From contig DAOWGI010000085.1 in assembly GCA_030637655.1 (NCBI GenBank), positions 1-30,196 on the forward strand: a DNA stretch of 30,196 nucleotides, in the 5' to 3' direction. The stretch comes from a candidate division FCPU426 bacterium (GTDB lineage: Bacteria; Oederibacteriota; JAAXVQ01; JAUVAV01). Each line of letters opens with the position of its first letter. Position 1 is the stretch's first letter. Of the stretch, positions 27,461 to 30,196 are shown piece by piece. The notes beneath the pieces were generated by a model. That model ran no database searches and was not told the DNA's origin. It saw only the letters and a program-made list of their open reading frames with translations. The position numbers and the translations under genes were made by a program.

Positions 27461-28183
27461 TCAAACTTGCTGACCAATGACACCATTCAAATACGCTTTT
27501 CTTAGGTTTTCCGGGAAGCGCTCTATCGCATAACGCAGCATAGTGCGCGGCATATGCTTACAGCGTAGTTTTAAAAAAGCTTCTTCTACTGCTTGATCTC
27601 GCTTACCAATCTCTCTCAGCATCCAGCCCACGGATTTTTGGATAAGATCCTCTTTGTCATGCAACAGCTGGTCAGCGATTTTCAAGGCATCTATAAATTC
27701 TCCCTTTTTTATATAATTATAGGTGGCCAACATAGCGACCCGGCGTTTCCAGAGGTTTTTGGATTTTACCCAGGTGTAGATCGGTTTCTTGTTGCGCTGA
27801 TGGAGGTATTCTCCAATGATTCGGTCTGTGGTGAGATCAATAAGATCCCAGTTGTTTATGGTTGCCAGGTTTCTGACATAGCATTCAAAGATCTGTTTTT
27901 GGGTTTGAGCATCACCGTTTTGGAACCACGCCACCAGCAACAGGAGGCCTAAAAGGCGTTCTTCATGGATTTTAGATTGAATCAGGAGTTCGGTCTCAGG
28001 CAGGCTCAAATGTAGGTGCTGTTTTACCAGCAGGCGCAATTCCGGCACCGGCACACCGATAAAAATGTCTTTTTCAGCATACTGTCCCGCCCCGGTCTTA
28101 AAGAATCCCCGGAGAACTATGGCCTTTTTCGGTTTAGCTCTGCGCTTTAATTCTTGACGTAATATGTTTAAATGCCGTCCCAT
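27461..28183 (-). CDS. DNA alkylation repair protein (AlkD-like)
   Basis: FFKTGAGQYAEKDIFIGV, HEERL, INNWDLID, DLIQKSVGWMLREIGKR, MPRTMLRYAIE. Confidence 0.9.
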   Translation of the reverse strand: MGRHLNILRQELKRRAKPKKAIVLRGFFKTGAGQYAEKDIFIGVPVPELRLLVKQHLHLSLPETELLIQSKIHEERLLGLLLLVAWFQNGDAQTQKQIFECYVRNLATINNWDLIDLTTDRIIGEYLHQRNKKPIYTWVKSKNLWKRRVAMLATYNYIKKGEFIDALKIADQLLHDKEDLIQKSVGWMLREIGKRDQAVEEAFLKLRCKHMPRTMLRYAIERFPENLRKAYLNGVIGQQV

Positions 28184-28193
28184 ATTTTGCTCC

Positions 28194-28332
28194 GTAATAT
28201 GTCAGTCATGGTTTTTTTTGTTTGTCATCCCCGAATGCTTGTATCGGGGATACGGTTTAAAAAACCAGATTCCCGATTAAACCCTCGGGAATGACAATCT
28301 TTGTTTAACTGCGCAGTTCACTGACATACTAC
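28194..28332. mobile_element. MITE-like element, copy 2
   Basis: Ends GTAATATGTCAGT / ACTGACATACTAC (12/13 inverted); same core as 15548-15712. Confidence 0.78.
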
Positions 28333-28563
28333 AAAATAATTTAAATAATGTTGGATATTTGAAGAATGATTATAGTACCATATTATATACAGAGTGTCTG
28401 TTGTGATTAACAATTTTCATCCCTTTTCTGTATTTTTACTCTGCCCACACGTCAAATAAAAATCACAAAATTGGAGCGGTCAGTTTTTTTTGATCAGCAA
28501 AAATCTGAAGATAATGTGTAACCTAATACGGTAATTGGAGTCTAAAGAGGGCAGTGGTAGAAA

Positions 28564-28797
28564 ATGAATTTTGCTTTGGCCGGAAGGATGTGGGAAAAAA
28601 TGCGTTTTCAACTCTTTCGTAAAAAGCCGGTGGTTACTGAGCGCTTGCTGCTGATGCGTGAAGCCGCTGGAGCGGATCCGAAAAAGCATGAGCGTTATCA
28701 TAAGGCTGTGAATCGTTATCAACGAGTAGTGCTCAAAGCCTATTATATGAGACGCCGTTTTTCTTTCCGGCGTTGGTTTACCCGGGGCTCTCTATAA
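28564..28797 (+). CDS. Small basic hypothetical protein
   Basis: 77-aa ORF filling the gap, followed by hairpins; weak RBS; no recognised motif. Confidence 0.4.
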   Translation: MNFALAGRMWEKMRFQLFRKKPVVTERLLLMREAAGADPKKHERYHKAVNRYQRVVLKAYYMRRRFSFRRWFTRGSL

Positions 28798-28898
28798 AAA
28801 TAGAGAGCGGGGGTTCGGGGGCAGAGCCCCTGAATCGGATAGGAGGGGCCAGCAAAACGCATCGGCGTTTGCGTCAGGGGGACCTGCGGTCCCCCTGA
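28787..28898. repeat. Cluster of GC-rich hairpins
   Basis: GCTCTCTAT/ATAGAGAGC; TTCGGGGGC-AGA-GCCCCTGAA; TCAGGGGGACC-TGC-GGTCCCCCTGA. Confidence 0.55.
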
Positions 28899-28955
28899 AA
28901 GCTCCGCGATTGAACAGCACAGCGGACTGAACTTGCCGGGAAATAATGGTCATGG

Positions 28956-30196
28956 TTAAAAATCGAGGCTGATTCCAATGGGGAAGAGAAGTTGGCCGGC
29001 TTCAAATCCTCGCTTGCCAAAGGACGCATAATAATTACCGTTCGGATCATAAATTGAGACGCGATGATTACATTGATCGGTTATAAAGATTTCATCGCCA
29101 CGATTGATTACGATTCCCATGGGATAATACAAACGTCCGGGATCATTGCCCTCGCCGCCAAAGTACAATTTGTACTTTCCCTGTTTCGAAAATTTTTGAA
29201 TACGATGATTGACTTGGTCAACCACATAAATATTACTTTTACTATCAATGGCAATTCCAACCGGGCTGTTGAATTTTCCCTTGCTAGAACCTTTGGACCC
29301 GAATTGGCGGACATAATCACCATTGAATTTAAACATTTGAATACGGTGGTTTTTCATGTCCGAAACATAGAGGGAAGAGGTATTGGGATCAATATAAATT
29401 CCGCTGGGATTATTGAATTCTCCGGGTGCGCTTCCTTTACCTCCAAATTGCAGTATGAATTTTCCCTGGTTGTCAAATTTTTGAATACGGTTGCCGATAA
29501 ATTCGGCCACAAAGATGTTGTTTTCAGGATCAACGGCAATGACATAGGGTTCTTTAAATTCGCCTGCTTTGGAGCCGAACTTTCCGGCGGTCAGCAAGTG
29601 TTTCCCAGTGTGTGTGAATTTTTGAATACGATGGTTTTGTGTATCTGCCACCCAAACATTGCGGTTTTTATCTACTGCCACCCCATGCGGATTGTTGAAT
29701 TCACCATCAGCTTTACCTTCGCCGCCGAATTTGTACAAGAATTTTCCGTGGCCATTGAATTTTTGAATACAGTTATTTTGCACATCCGCAATATAAACAT
29801 TTTGACTGGTAAAAATATTAATGCGCTTTATGGTTTTGGCACCGTTTTTACTATAGATAATGCAGGTGATGGCAAATTTGCCCTTTTTTTCCGGTGCCTG
29901 CCAGACTGTAGTAAGTTTGTCTTTGGAAATAAAGGTTCCGTGTTTACTTTTCCAAACTACCTTGTCGATTATTTTTTCATCTTTTTCAGAAACATAAACA
30001 GTTAGTTTTGTTTTGCCGCTCATGGGTACACTGCGGGGTCTGGCTCGCATTTTAATGATTTTAACTTTTGCTTTTTTAGCACTCTTGGCAGCCTTGGCAG
30101 CCTTGGCAGCCTTGGCAGCCTTGGCAGCCTTGGCAGCCTTGGCAGCCTTGGCAGCCTTGGCAGCCTTGGCAGCCTTGGCAGCCTTGGCAGCCTTGG
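28956..30196 (-). CDS. NHL-repeat beta-propeller protein with an Ig/PKD-like domain and (KAA)n linker; 5' end outside the window
   Basis: About six NHL repeats (FNNPHGVAVD...VADTQNHRIQKF); the frame stays open upstream of 30050 as (KAA)n-KSAKKAKVKIIK-MRARP. Confidence 0.88.
   Translation of the reverse strand, partial: KAAKAAKAAKAAKAAKAAKAAKAAKAAKAAKAAKAAKSAKKAKVKIIKMRARPRSVPMSGKTKLTVYVSEKDEKIIDKVVWKSKHGTFISKDKLTTVWQAPEKKGKFAITCIIYSKNGAKTIKRINIFTSQNVYIADVQNNCIQKFNGHGKFLYKFGGEGKADGEFNNPHGVAVDKNRNVWVADTQNHRIQKFTHTGKHLLTAGKFGSKAGEFKEPYVIAVDPENNIFVAEFIGNRIQKFDNQGKFILQFGGKGSAPGEFNNPSGIYIDPNTSSLYVSDMKNHRIQMFKFNGDYVRQFGSKGSSKGKFNSPVGIAIDSKSNIYVVDQVNHRIQKFSKQGKYKLYFGGEGNDPGRLYYPMGIVINRGDEIFITDQCNHRVSIYDPNGNYYASFGKRGFEAGQLLFPIGISLDF
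30084..30196. repeat. Perfect 9-bp tandem repeat (CTTGGCAGC), about 12.5 copies, truncated by the window end
   Basis: Directly visible; encodes Lys-Ala-Ala repeats on the minus strand. Confidence 0.97.

Noticed and set aside
29064-30005. 313-aa plus-strand ORF
   Set aside because: Antisense shadow of the well-supported NHL-repeat gene; no motifs of its own.

Overview
Bacterial genomic window of moderate GC, probably from a diderm environmental lineage (lipoproteins, a predicted outer-membrane barrel, Tad, PilZ and HD-GYP proteins); taxonomy cannot be fixed from this sequence. It holds about 28 mostly unlinked CDSs: a partial S8 protease, V4R-like protein, truncated DUF2157 plus GDYXXLXY, beta-propeller lipoproteins, HAD hydrolase, orphan ParA, TPR protein, HD hydrolase, OCD/AlaDH, REC-GAF-HD-GYP, M15 peptidase, PepF, TadE/TadG-like, PilZ, nucleotidyltransferase, Csp, AlkD-like and a partial NHL protein. 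An accessory/defence patch at about 7.6-11.55 kb carries a TA pair, an IS1182-derived element, a GmrSD-type nuclease and a nuclease remnant. Most notable: (1) the IS1182-derived element (15-bp TIRs, CTAG duplication) carries an intact DUF559 nuclease gene overlapping a deleted transposase, bracketed by inverted 36-bp G/C palindromes; (2) several families of nested miniature palindromic elements; (3) an in-frame TAG followed by a conserved-looking C-terminus; (4) a nucleotidyltransferase with an altered catalytic motif under four copies of a 13-bp palindrome. All family calls come from motif recognition by eye; no searches were run.
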